Shown here: piece by piece, positions 8,600 through 17,724 of the stretch
Position numbering within the stretch: the first letter of the stretch is position 1
Layout of the letters: every line of letters starts with the position of its first letter
IMG/VR virus record: IMGVR_UViG_3300035689_000004
Location: 1-64,000 of that record
DNA: 64,000 nt
Reading direction: 5' to 3' (one strand)
Source: a virus
Notes under the pieces: generated by a model
Databases searched by the model: none
Told to the model about the DNA's origin: nothing
Seen by the model: the letters and a program-made list of their open reading frames with translations, nothing else
Made by a program: the position numbers and the translations under genes

Positions 8600-10319
8600 A
8601 ACCGTTGGCGTTTACGCGCCCGCTGGCATGGGCATTACTTCCGGCCATGAGTCCACGGTGCGCTTTGACCTGCGCATCATGACCCGCACCGGGGAGACCG
8701 TGGTGGACTTTGGCGAGTTCAAAGACTTGCTTAGCTACAACGATACCTTAAGCGTCGAAAGCCCTGCCGGTAGCTGGAACTTGAAAATGCGGGCACGGCT
8801 TGACAATGAGACGTTACTAAAGCGCATCCACCCGGGCATGGTGATCGAAGTCTATGCCTCCCGCAACCAGGACCCGTTGACCAACGTAGAAGCATTTGTC
8901 CCCCAGGACCCGGAGAATAACCCGGTAGTATTCCAGACCGCTGATGGCAGTGGCTCTAACCTAAGTCCCGCCTACGCGCCCGCCGACGGGCAGCCTAAAC
9001 CACCTCCTGAGCCCGACTGGGAGGACTATCTAGACAAAGCGCCCTACCTACTGATGCGCGGCATTACTAGCGCCTACGGGCGCTCCTCGGCGGTAATGGG
9101 CGGCGGAACGGAGACGACCCTAACCCTCTCGGGTGAGTCCTACGGCGCCATCTACCGCAATGCTCAGGTGCTCACCGACACCAATGCGCCCACCTCCCTG
9201 GGGCGATCGCTAGAGGTACGGTTCCAGACCGTTGACGTTAATACCGTCGTGCCTATCTACTACGGCATCCTACGCCACTGGGTAGAACAATTCTGGTTTG
9301 ACCCGGCTGACGGGCAAGGTGAAACTGGCTGGGAGGCTAGAACCCGACCGATCCCGATCCCGCCGGACGTATTCGCTAGGATTGCCAACGAGGGCAGCGC
9401 CTGGAGTGCGCTTCAGTACCTAACCGTCAACGGCATCTTTCAAATGTTCGTTGACCATACCGGCGCGATCGTGTGGGAAAAGCTACCCTACTCCGGCAAG
9501 TGTCAGACAGTACTGGATTCGGAATACCTGAAATGGAGCGATCGCCCGCTGCGCAATTGGGAGGACCTACCCTTTGTCCAGTGTCCATCGTCTAGCATTA
9601 TCGCCTGGGCGGATAGGCTATCCTGCGATCGCATTGCTAACTATGTTCGTTGTACCCTCCAGGGGCAGATGGGCGCCTCCGCTGGCGACACGGCCATGGA
9701 TGCGGGCCAATGCTACAACATGGGGAGTATCAAGCAGTATGGCGGGCCACGCAAGATGGAAATTGCCATCCCCGCCAGGCTTGTCAATAGCGGCAACAAA
9801 GATATTGACATAGAGCGAGACGGACGGGCCAGTACGTTTATGGACCTGATCGCCCTCGAAGTCATCCGCTGGTACGATCGCCCGGTGCAGCGTTGCACCC
9901 TATCGGTGCGGGGTGAACCTGGCTGGCGCATTAATACCTGTGTGGAGGTGACAGAGAACTGGCATAACCCCGAGGCGGTGCCAGGGCAGTACCTAATCCT
10001 TAGCCGCAGCCATAGCATCGAACTAGCCAGTGGCAGCTGGACAACTCAGCTAGAATGTTTGCGCGATCGCCGCAATCGTTACCTAGGCGCCGGGCTAACC
10101 GAAGACCGGGACCAGTTGGGCGGCGAGGGCGAGGTAAACCCAGAACGCGCCTCCGGGCCGGTCTCAACCGATGAGGAGCTAGAAGACTTTATCAGTCCCA
10201 TTGAGCCTGACTTTTATTATTGGTACAACCGCAAGGGCAACAAGATGGAAGCGATCGGCGGGGCGGAAGAGTATAACGCGCTGATTCAGGAGTATTTGCC
10301 GGAAGAGTGTAAGACATAA
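8592..10319 (+). CDS. Baseplate hub-like protein
   Basis: 575 aa between tape measure and spike; C-terminal RGEPGWRIN...Y.I....H......W.T.L.C.R pattern typical of hub/gpD-like proteins. Confidence 0.65.
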   Translation: MVRTVGVYAPAGMGITSGHESTVRFDLRIMTRTGETVVDFGEFKDLLSYNDTLSVESPAGSWNLKMRARLDNETLLKRIHPGMVIEVYASRNQDPLTNVEAFVPQDPENNPVVFQTADGSGSNLSPAYAPADGQPKPPPEPDWEDYLDKAPYLLMRGITSAYGRSSAVMGGGTETTLTLSGESYGAIYRNAQVLTDTNAPTSLGRSLEVRFQTVDVNTVVPIYYGILRHWVEQFWFDPADGQGETGWEARTRPIPIPPDVFARIANEGSAWSALQYLTVNGIFQMFVDHTGAIVWEKLPYSGKCQTVLDSEYLKWSDRPLRNWEDLPFVQCPSSSIIAWADRLSCDRIANYVRCTLQGQMGASAGDTAMDAGQCYNMGSIKQYGGPRKMEIAIPARLVNSGNKDIDIERDGRASTFMDLIALEVIRWYDRPVQRCTLSVRGEPGWRINTCVEVTENWHNPEAVPGQYLILSRSHSIELASGSWTTQLECLRDRRNRYLGAGLTEDRDQLGGEGEVNPERASGPVSTDEELEDFISPIEPDFYYWYNRKGNKMEAIGGAEEYNALIQEYLPEECKT

Positions 10320-10348
10320 AAATACCCCAGCCAAGAGGCCGGGGTAGC
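10317..10348 (-). terminator. Intrinsic terminator
   Basis: Minus strand TACCCCGGCC-TCTT-GGCTGGGGTA-TTTTTAT. Confidence 0.7.
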
Positions 10349-10368
10349 GGACGAATGATGTGTGTAGG

Positions 10369-10923
10369 CTAGGCAGGAACTAGCTCTCGCACTTCAGCGG
10401 CAAGCTTTTCGTAATCGGGGCACCATTCAATAGTTCCGTCATAGATTTCGTCTTCTTGGCGAAGAGCTCTGGCCGCTAGCTCGTTTTGAACAATTCGACT
10501 AGCAAAAGCGTCAATTTGACGGCCAACAAATATGGTGACTCCAGCATCAGTGCCAGAGCTAACAGCTAAAGTAGGCCGGTTAAAACCTAGTTTTTCTGTC
10601 ACGTCAGATGTCCAATCCTCAACGCTGCCGCTATTAGTGATATGAAACAACGAAACGCCCTGAAAAACCGCCATCCGCTTGGCTCCCCACTCGGATCTTT
10701 TAGTCCGAAGTGAGAACTGAACAGGGGTGTTGTAGTCGTTGTACCCAGCCCCCGAGCAGTATTCCGTAGGATCACTGGTTACCTGCAACGACCCTTCAAT
10801 ATATGCGCGACAACCAAATGCAGTCATTCCCGCCTTAGCTCTATTGAGAATCGTGCGCTCGTCTTCCCGATCATCCCAAACAATTACTTCAACCATGGCT
10901 CTAACCTCAATGTGACTCGACAT
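10369..10923 (-). CDS. Hypothetical protein (antisense cassette, probably leaderless)
   Basis: 184 aa; ATG lies 5 nt after the -10 hexamer. Confidence 0.75.
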   Translation of the reverse strand: MSSHIEVRAMVEVIVWDDREDERTILNRAKAGMTAFGCRAYIEGSLQVTSDPTEYCSGAGYNDYNTPVQFSLRTKRSEWGAKRMAVFQGVSLFHITNSGSVEDWTSDVTEKLGFNRPTLAVSSGTDAGVTIFVGRQIDAFASRIVQNELAARALRQEDEIYDGTIEWCPDYEKLAAEVRELVPA

Positions 10924-10928
10924 CTATC

Positions 10929-10957
10929 ACTTTATCAACACCTTCCGATACTGTCAA
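10929..10957 (-). promoter_or_regulatory. sigma-70 promoter (copy 1 of duplicated element)
   Basis: TTGACA-17 nt-TAAAGT. Confidence 0.75.
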
Positions 10958-10990
10958 GCATGTCTACAACCCTATAGCAAAAATCAGTTA

Positions 10991-11539
10991 ATGTTTACCC
11001 TCGTTGGCGAGCTGCCACGGCACCTCTACTGCTACGTTGATGCTAGCTTTTGCCAGCACAGCGGCGGGTTTATCCCAGCGCTATGGTTTGGGCTAGTGTC
11101 CTATCCAGATCGGGTGTGGGGCTGTACAGTGCTGCTAGAGAATGGTGCCATTTTTCGCAACCTACCCACCCACGCGATCGCGTTCAATGAGTCGCCACCG
11201 CCCTGGGGACCGAAGGACGCCCAAACCTGGAATTGCTACGGCCAGCAATTCACGACGCTGGAGTATAGCTACCTGCACGGGCTCAGGATAAAGGCGATCG
11301 CGAATGGGCAGCCCTACCTAGGGGAGTACCTATTCACCGCCGCACCGGTTAATGACGGCTTCTCCGCCTACCCCGAACAGGCTAAGGAATTTGTCTTTGT
11401 GAAGCTAGACAATGGCAGGTTGACGGTGCAACCCACCAACCGCCTGATTGTGGAAGACAAGAGCTTTACCACCAATGACGCCATGGAGTTTCCCAAGGGC
11501 ATGAAGGTTCAAGTTGATACCTGGAGTGCAGAGCGGTAA
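10991..11539 (+). CDS. Conserved-looking phage hypothetical protein
   Basis: 182 aa, VLLENGAIFRNLP..WNCYG..LDNG....QPTNR; coupled to the spike gene. Confidence 0.7.
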   Translation: MFTLVGELPRHLYCYVDASFCQHSGGFIPALWFGLVSYPDRVWGCTVLLENGAIFRNLPTHAIAFNESPPPWGPKDAQTWNCYGQQFTTLEYSYLHGLRIKAIANGQPYLGEYLFTAAPVNDGFSAYPEQAKEFVFVKLDNGRLTVQPTNRLIVEDKSFTTNDAMEFPKGMKVQVDTWSAER

Positions 11540-12186
11540 TGGAGCTTAGTCGCTGGTATCGGGTGCTAACCTATGACCCGATCGCTCAGACCTGTGTGCT
11601 AGCGCCTGCTAGTCAGCATCAGTCAGGAATCATTTACGATGTGCCTATCCTAGCCTGGGGTGGCAACTGGCAGGACCAAAAGCGCGTGCCATTGCAGCTT
11701 ACCCAACCGGTTGACCCGGGCGCCTGGGGCAGTAGCGACCAGGGGCCACGCTGGGGGGTAACCTTCCCGGTGCAACAGGGCGACCTGGCTAAGGTGGAGT
11801 ACCTAGACGGTGCTGCGGTGGTGACGGGCTTTGCCAAAGGCATTGTAGGCACCGCAGGACCGGCGATCGCGGCTGAGGAGCAGGGCGAATCCATCGAGGA
11901 CCGCTTTGACCTATTGCTACCCTCCGGCGCCTGGGCGCGATCGCTAGGCGATGGTAGCTGGGTGCTAAGTACTGGCCCGGTGGGTAACCCCGCCGCTCAA
12001 ATTACCCTAGCCGCCGATGGCACCATTACTCTGGACGGCAGTGCCTTAGTAATCAATACGCCTACCATTACCGTCAATGGCCAGACCAGCTTTACTGAGG
12101 CAGGGCAGGTGATCAACGGCAAGGAAATCGCGGTGATTGGTGCGCCAGATAGTCGCGGCGATCGGCTGACGGGTTCTAACCAGTAG
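11539..12186 (+). CDS. Baseplate spike (gpV-like)
   Basis: N-terminal OB-like region (P.QGD.A.V.YLDG), C-terminal beta-helix-like ITLAADGTITL and APDSRGD tip motif. Confidence 0.7.
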   Translation: MELSRWYRVLTYDPIAQTCVLAPASQHQSGIIYDVPILAWGGNWQDQKRVPLQLTQPVDPGAWGSSDQGPRWGVTFPVQQGDLAKVEYLDGAAVVTGFAKGIVGTAGPAIAAEEQGESIEDRFDLLLPSGAWARSLGDGSWVLSTGPVGNPAAQITLAADGTITLDGSALVINTPTITVNGQTSFTEAGQVINGKEIAVIGAPDSRGDRLTGSNQ

Positions 12187-12214
12187 GCAATAAAAAGCCC
12201 TCCAAGGGGAGGGC
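12187..12214 (-). terminator. Intrinsic terminator
   Basis: Minus strand GCCCTCC-CTT-GGAGGGC-TTTTTATT. Confidence 0.7.
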
Positions 12215-12234
12215 GTGTAGTCAAGCGACTGTTT

Positions 12235-12621
12235 TTAATACTCAGTGATAAAACTCCACCCATGGACGGGATTAAAAGAGGCATTCATAGACTTTTTCAA
12301 ATCCCCAGGCAGCTCATCAAAGCTGCTCTCCATTGAAGCCAGGAACGCCCGGCGTGATGCTTCGTTAGCCCGGCGTGATGCTTCGTTATAAGCATCGCGA
12401 AATGCTTTGACTACTTCATAGCGCCTTTGCCAAAACTCGGGATCTGGATCGGTGTAGTTGACCCCATCCTTCTGATCAAGTAACTCTATGGAGCGCTCCG
12501 CCGCAAAGGCTAGCAGCATAGCGTCAAGTTTCTCCTTCTCCGTCTTTTCGTCGCTGGCCATGATTTGGTGGGCCGATTCCATCGCTTGCCTAGCGTCATA
12601 AAAATCTTCAAACAGCTTCAT
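12235..12621 (-). CDS. Hypothetical helical protein (antisense cassette); probable start at ATG 12621
   Basis: Track start 12675 falls inside the promoter; contains a 21-bp tandem repeat encoding NEASRRA x2. Confidence 0.7.
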   Translation of the reverse strand: MKLFEDFYDARQAMESAHQIMASDEKTEKEKLDAMLLAFAAERSIELLDQKDGVNYTDPDPEFWQRRYEVVKAFRDAYNEASRRANEASRRAFLASMESSFDELPGDLKKSMNASFNPVHGWSFITEY

Positions 12622-12646
12622 AAGTTCCAATAGCTCAACATCTATC

Positions 12647-12675
12647 ACTTTATCAACACTTTTCGATACTGTCAA
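12647..12675 (-). promoter_or_regulatory. sigma-70 promoter (copy 2 of duplicated element)
   Basis: TTGACA-17 nt-TAAAGT, nearly identical to 10929-10957. Confidence 0.75.
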
Positions 12676-12720
12676 GCATATTTACAACTGCATAGCAAAA
12701 ATCAGATGACGAATCCCAAC

Positions 12721-12751
12721 CAACAAAAAAGCCCAGCGTCCCCGCCAGGCT
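12721..12751 (-). terminator. Intrinsic terminator insulating the cassette
   Basis: Minus strand GCCTGGCG-GGGA-CGCTGGGC-TTTTTT. Confidence 0.6.
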
Positions 12752-12797
12752 GTCCTCTTTTTCAATCGTGCCGCCCCCACTATAGCTGAGGTGTCCC

Positions 12798-13196
12798 ATG
12801 TTCAAAGCATTCTTAGTTGGCGTCCTACGTGAAGCCATTGATACCGATAAAGTTAGAGGCGCGATCGCGGATGGCGTCCGTAGCGCGATCGCGTCTAGCC
12901 GCACCGCCGTCAGCTTTGCCGACAAGGCAAGCGACATCGTTGGTGTTACCTCCGCCCGCTATGACGCGCTAGGGCTCAAAGGTAAGTTGCTGAAGGGTTA
13001 CCTGCTGCAATTACTCAAGGACCTAGCCAACGACAGCCCCGCGATCGCGACGGGGTTACGCCATGGTGAGCCTTACCTAAAGGCAGTGCTCGATGGCATC
13101 AGCCCGGACGAGATCGCCACCGTCAGCATGTCGCTGTATAGCTTTCTGAAAATCCAGGCGATCAAGGTAGCTAGGGAGCAAGGGTTAGCTGAGTGA
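12798..13196 (+). CDS. Hypothetical protein
   Basis: 132 aa, GAGG RBS, coupled to next gene. Confidence 0.7.
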   Translation: MFKAFLVGVLREAIDTDKVRGAIADGVRSAIASSRTAVSFADKASDIVGVTSARYDALGLKGKLLKGYLLQLLKDLANDSPAIATGLRHGEPYLKAVLDGISPDEIATVSMSLYSFLKIQAIKVAREQGLAE

Positions 13197-14386
13197 ATAA
13201 GAGCGATCGCGCCCGTTATGCCAGGGCAAACCATATCTTTTTCCGGCACGTTGGCAAGGAAACCAAGGACGTTTACTTTCGCGTAAACCCTCAGGCGATC
13301 CGTGTGCAGCAGCAAAACAAGGGTTCAGTGGTTGACACCCTAGGCGGCTATTTCAGAGAAATTCTGTACTCTGAGGACCCGCAGCGTAATGGGTTAATGC
13401 TGCCGGACCTGACGATTGAGTGTGACACCGGTGCGGGCTACCGCCAGGAGTTACAAAAGCTGGAATGGATATGGCGCAATCACGGTACGCCCAAGGAGGA
13501 CGGTAGCCCAGCGGATACCTACTTCATGGATATGACCGATGAGGATACCCTCTGGTTTGACGGCGCGGCGCCCGGTAACCCATGGACGGAGGGCGGCATT
13601 GGTGCAGGGCTCCCCCAGGGGACTGACCCGATACCGCCCACCAACCCCGGGCTAACCCAGGCGCAATTACAAAAGACAGTAGACCTAAAGCGACGATACA
13701 AGAGCACTATCGCCAAAACCCTTAAGGGTAGTCGCTTTGTGCCCCGGTGCTATCGCATTGAAATCCTTAACTTTGCCTGGGATGAATCGGTGCAGGATCC
13801 GTACCGCATTCGGTTCAACTTTCGCTGCAAGATCCTGCGCGATGAATTTTGGCAGGTGGATCAACCCCTGGCTGAAGGCACTGAGGTACAGCCGCTCGAA
13901 GATTGGACTGATGGCAGTGTCGCGACGCCTAAATTAGCCGCCGTCGATAAGGCCAAGATGGTAGAAGAGTCGCTTAAGAAAAGTACCGACTTCCCCCTGA
14001 ACCCCGCTGCCCAGGTAGCGTTGATCCGAACTACCCTGGGTTTATTGCCTGGCAATGTAGGCGCGATCGTCACGCCGTTGATCAATACGGTAATGGACTC
14101 CGTTGGACTAGGGGAAACCCAGATGCTGGCCAATGCCATGGAGCAGGGCTGGAGCGCCTACGACCCTGAGCTAGGGCAACGACTGTACTGGCGCTCTGAA
14201 TTTTCAGGTGTTCAGGTTACCCAAAATATGACTGAGCAACTAAAGAATGTTTACCCGGCCCTGCCGCCTTCGGTGCAGGCGATACTGAGCCAGACGGGAG
14301 TGCAGGTGGGGCCATGGTCGCCGGCGGCGGTGGATGGGCTATCAGCGGCGGTGCAGACGCTTAGCATTTTAGGAGTCAAAATCTAA
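13193..14386 (+). CDS. Tail tube initiator/baseplate-associated protein
   Basis: FRVNPQ.I.......V..TLGG N-terminal pattern; position before LysM and wedge genes. Confidence 0.55.
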   Translation: MNKSDRARYARANHIFFRHVGKETKDVYFRVNPQAIRVQQQNKGSVVDTLGGYFREILYSEDPQRNGLMLPDLTIECDTGAGYRQELQKLEWIWRNHGTPKEDGSPADTYFMDMTDEDTLWFDGAAPGNPWTEGGIGAGLPQGTDPIPPTNPGLTQAQLQKTVDLKRRYKSTIAKTLKGSRFVPRCYRIEILNFAWDESVQDPYRIRFNFRCKILRDEFWQVDQPLAEGTEVQPLEDWTDGSVATPKLAAVDKAKMVEESLKKSTDFPLNPAAQVALIRTTLGLLPGNVGAIVTPLINTVMDSVGLGETQMLANAMEQGWSAYDPELGQRLYWRSEFSGVQVTQNMTEQLKNVYPALPPSVQAILSQTGVQVGPWSPAAVDGLSAAVQTLSILGVKI

Positions 14387-14715
14387 TGCCCCTCCTCCTC
14401 CCCAGCGAATATTCCCCAGAAGCCTTGATGGCCGATACACCCCTGCAGCGGGCTGCCGTGAACCAGCTAACCATGCAGCTAGTCGCCCTTGATGAAGGCA
14501 TCAACCTACCGATCTCGCCCACCGTTGGCCCCACCCGTCAGGGTGTACGCCAGTACGAGGTAGGCACCTTTGAAACGCTCCCCACGATCGCGGCTAAGGT
14601 GTACGGTTCGCCCGACCAATGGAATGCGATCGCGGCAGCGAATGGGCTTAGCTATCCGTACATTGTCACCCCTGGCCAGTTGCTAACCCTACCGGAGCTA
14701 CCCGTCGATGGCTGA
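14386..14715 (+). CDS. LysM-domain baseplate protein (tail protein X-like)
   Basis: YEVGTFETLPTIAAKVYG...W..IA.ANGL..P....PGQ.L.LP. Confidence 0.8.
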   Translation: MPLLLPSEYSPEALMADTPLQRAAVNQLTMQLVALDEGINLPISPTVGPTRQGVRQYEVGTFETLPTIAAKVYGSPDQWNAIAAANGLSYPYIVTPGQLLTLPELPVDG

Positions 14716-15142
14716 TGTAATTGAGTCGATCTTTGGCAGCGACATTGCCTTTGACGCATCGCCCGGGCTAACCGATGCGATCGCCAGTAGCACGGAGACG
14801 GACCTAGCCTACCGGGTGGGGGTACTGAGCCTGCGGGAGGAGATTGAGCGGCTATTTATGACGCCCAAGGGTAGCTTTGTCGATGACCCAACCTACGGCA
14901 TTGACTGGGGGTTAATTGGCACTAACTTTGACCCACGGGTAAGCCTGGGGATGGCCCGACTAGCGGCCCTCAATGCGCTACAGCACCCTAGCTTTAGGAC
15001 CCGCTTTAGGGTGCGGCAACTAGAGACCGACTATAGCTTCCAGACGCCTAATGCTATCTACGTTTATGGGTTGCTAGAGGTATTTGGCTTTAGCGGTGCT
15101 GCGTTTCAGTTCGGACCGATCGCCCTTCAACTCATGGGATAG
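14708..15142 (+). CDS. Baseplate wedge/sheath initiator (gp25/gpW-like)
   Basis: FGSDI...L.....R.F.TPKGS...DPTYG motif, directly before baseplate J. Confidence 0.75.
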   Translation: MADVIESIFGSDIAFDASPGLTDAIASSTETDLAYRVGVLSLREEIERLFMTPKGSFVDDPTYGIDWGLIGTNFDPRVSLGMARLAALNALQHPSFRTRFRVRQLETDYSFQTPNAIYVYGLLEVFGFSGAAFQFGPIALQLMG

Positions 15143-15144
15143 CT

Positions 15145-16500
15145 ATGGCTGATAATGTACGGTTTCTTACCTGGCAGGAAGTATTGGACCAGATGCTATC
15201 CTTCCTGCCACCCCAATGGCGGGCCAACTTTACCGGCAAGCTATTTAAGCGCCTCCTGGTAGCCTTCAGCCTATCAATGGAGGGGTTGTATGGGTTTCTC
15301 TCTCACGTGCTGCGGATGAGCATTCTAGCCACCAGTGAGGGGCAATGGCTCAGGCAATTGGTGACAGGCTTCGGGATGAGCGCCAATGCCGGTATCGCGG
15401 CGGTGGCGGCGGTGCGCTTTGAACGCTACGGGGCGACAACAACCGCAGTCACTATCCCAGCGGGGACAGCGGTACAAACCAGTGGTGGTATTGTCTTTAC
15501 CACCAACTCCTCAGCAACCCTGGCGATCGCTCAAAGTTCTGTCCTGGTGGTTTGCACCTGCAGCCAGCCGGGGACGATTGGCAATGTGGTTGGGGGCAGC
15601 ATCAACGCGCTGCGATCGCCGATTGTAGGCATTGACAACGTGGTGAACCTGGACCCGGCGGTGGGTGGTGCCGACCCGGAGGCAGATGCGTCCATTAAAG
15701 CCAGGGTGCCCCAGCATTTAGCAATGTTGCACCGGGCGACGATACCAGCGACCGAGGCGGCAATCCTGGGCCAGCCCGCGTTATTCCCGTCAGTGGTAAG
15801 CTTTATCACCGAGCGGAGATCGGACCTACCCGGCTACGTGCGAGGGGTGCTAGCGGACGCCAGTGGCGGCGACCTATTCCGCCCGGGCACCTGGCAGGCG
15901 ACGGACCTACCCGGCACCTACTATGTCGTGACTAGCCAGACGCCCCAGGGGTTAATTGAGGTGGGTTGGCCCTGCAAGCGCTTCGGTGTAGTTAGCCAAG
16001 CCACGGACGGCAGAGAACTATGGAACCCGTCTGACTCGGCGGTGACCGTCTCCCAGGGCAATTACCGATGGTTTTATGACACCAGCAATAACCGCCTCTA
16101 TGCCCGGGGCAATGGCGGCAACCTGAATAGCCTGGAAATGGTGATCTACGCGGGGGTGGTATGGCAGGCGGTACAGGAGCTAGAGACCAAGTGGGTGGCG
16201 GCAGGGGTTGGCGTTGATGTGATTGTCCCCACCACCAGCCGGGTGGCGTTCGTCCTGTCCTATGCCCTGGAACCCGGCTACACCGCCAGCACCGTGGAGG
16301 CCGCCCTGGCCGCCGCGGTCAACAGTTACGTTGGCACCCTGCGAATGGGCCAAACCTTAGAGGTAGAAGCGCTCTATGGTGCCCTGGGGGGTGTCCCCGG
16401 TGCCGGTGGCATACTGCTTATCTCCCCTGCCACCAACGTGACAGTGGAGCGCGGCTTCATCATTCGGGTGGCATCGGTGCAAGTTATCAGACGAGGTTAA
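15145..16500 (+). CDS. Baseplate J/gp47 family protein
   Basis: TIPAGT.V......F.T, C.QPG.IGNV, V.N..PA.GGAD.E.D..I.AR motifs. Confidence 0.9.
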   Translation: MADNVRFLTWQEVLDQMLSFLPPQWRANFTGKLFKRLLVAFSLSMEGLYGFLSHVLRMSILATSEGQWLRQLVTGFGMSANAGIAAVAAVRFERYGATTTAVTIPAGTAVQTSGGIVFTTNSSATLAIAQSSVLVVCTCSQPGTIGNVVGGSINALRSPIVGIDNVVNLDPAVGGADPEADASIKARVPQHLAMLHRATIPATEAAILGQPALFPSVVSFITERRSDLPGYVRGVLADASGGDLFRPGTWQATDLPGTYYVVTSQTPQGLIEVGWPCKRFGVVSQATDGRELWNPSDSAVTVSQGNYRWFYDTSNNRLYARGNGGNLNSLEMVIYAGVVWQAVQELETKWVAAGVGVDVIVPTTSRVAFVLSYALEPGYTASTVEAALAAAVNSYVGTLRMGQTLEVEALYGALGGVPGAGGILLISPATNVTVERGFIIRVASVQVIRRG

Positions 16501-16503
16501 GCC

Positions 16504-17643
16504 ATGAAAATTTATACCCTTGCCGGAGTGCCTTACGTCCCGGTGGTGACCACTAGCGGCATCGTCCTGAGAAAAGCGGGCAAGCGATCGCCTGCCCCAG
16601 GACAACTAGGACTATTTGACGCCCAGCACCAAGAGGGTGAAACCCGCACTAACCAAGCGGGCCACCAGGAAGTATTGCAGGGCGGACGGTGGCACCTAGC
16701 CGACAAGCCTGGACCGGCTCAGCAACAGCCAGCACAGGCGCAGCAGCCAGCACAGGCGCAGCAGCCAGCACAACCACAGCAGTCAGTGCCTACCATAGAA
16801 AGCCTCCATGCCTTGCATCAGCAGGTTGCCCAAACCCATGGCATAGCGCCTAGTCAAAACGATCCATTGGCAGCGATCGCGTCAGAAGCATTGCTCAACA
16901 CAGCTTCCCCTGAGTCAGCCCAATTCGTCCAATTTCTGAAACAGCTAAAGAGCCCAGAAACATTCTTAGAACTCATCGACCCGGAAGAAGCGTCCGACAA
17001 GGATCTAAAGCAAAGGGAAGCCAAGGCACAGCACATCGTCAATTTATTCGGCCAATTCGGCGTTAACGAGTCCCACGAAATATGGGATTTATTAGACAAA
17101 GTGCCGGGAATACTTGAGGCTAACGTCCCGCCCGAACAGCCACACTTCAAGCCAATCTTTGACTTAATTAGCCAGTCTGCCGCCGGACTTGAAGAGCTGC
17201 ACAACTCTAAATCTTTGGCCCTAGAGTACGTCCAAGAGTACAACAAAAGCGAGCTTAAAAGCTTGCGCAAGGAAATGGAGCAGGATATGACAAGCGAAAC
17301 CGATCCAAAAGAACGACGCAAATATGAGCTGAGTATCAAGCTTGCCGACAATGTTTTAGAAAATTATCCGGCAATAAGTAAAGAGCTTAAAAAAATTCGG
17401 GATATGGGCGATCGCATGCCTGACGAATTCTTCGACCATGACACCGTTGATGACGCCAAGCAAAATTTGACAACTATCCAGGCTGCCATGACTCCATCGG
17501 CTCGCAAAATCGGCGCAATATTGTCTCCCTCCAAAGAAATTAGAGACAACGAAATTATTAACGATGATGACGAGCTATTGCCGTCCGAGAAAGCTGACGC
17601 TGCGCGGGATCACTATTGGGACACGGTCGCAAAGCTGCGTTAA
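16504..17643 (+). CDS. Putative virion-associated protein, paralog of 7267..8349
   Basis: Shared N-terminus, QQPAQA tandem linker, diverged but alignable C-terminal domain. Confidence 0.8.
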   Translation: MKIYTLAGVPYVPVVTTSGIVLRKAGKRSPAPGQLGLFDAQHQEGETRTNQAGHQEVLQGGRWHLADKPGPAQQQPAQAQQPAQAQQPAQPQQSVPTIESLHALHQQVAQTHGIAPSQNDPLAAIASEALLNTASPESAQFVQFLKQLKSPETFLELIDPEEASDKDLKQREAKAQHIVNLFGQFGVNESHEIWDLLDKVPGILEANVPPEQPHFKPIFDLISQSAAGLEELHNSKSLALEYVQEYNKSELKSLRKEMEQDMTSETDPKERRKYELSIKLADNVLENYPAISKELKKIRDMGDRMPDEFFDHDTVDDAKQNLTTIQAAMTPSARKIGAILSPSKEIRDNEIINDDDELLPSEKADAARDHYWDTVAKLR

Positions 17644-17724
17644 CCTGGCGGGAAAAGTTAACCACCGCGAACCCCGTTAAAATAGGCAATAGATTGCGCT
17701 CCTTATCTCCTTCGGGTTCTGCCA

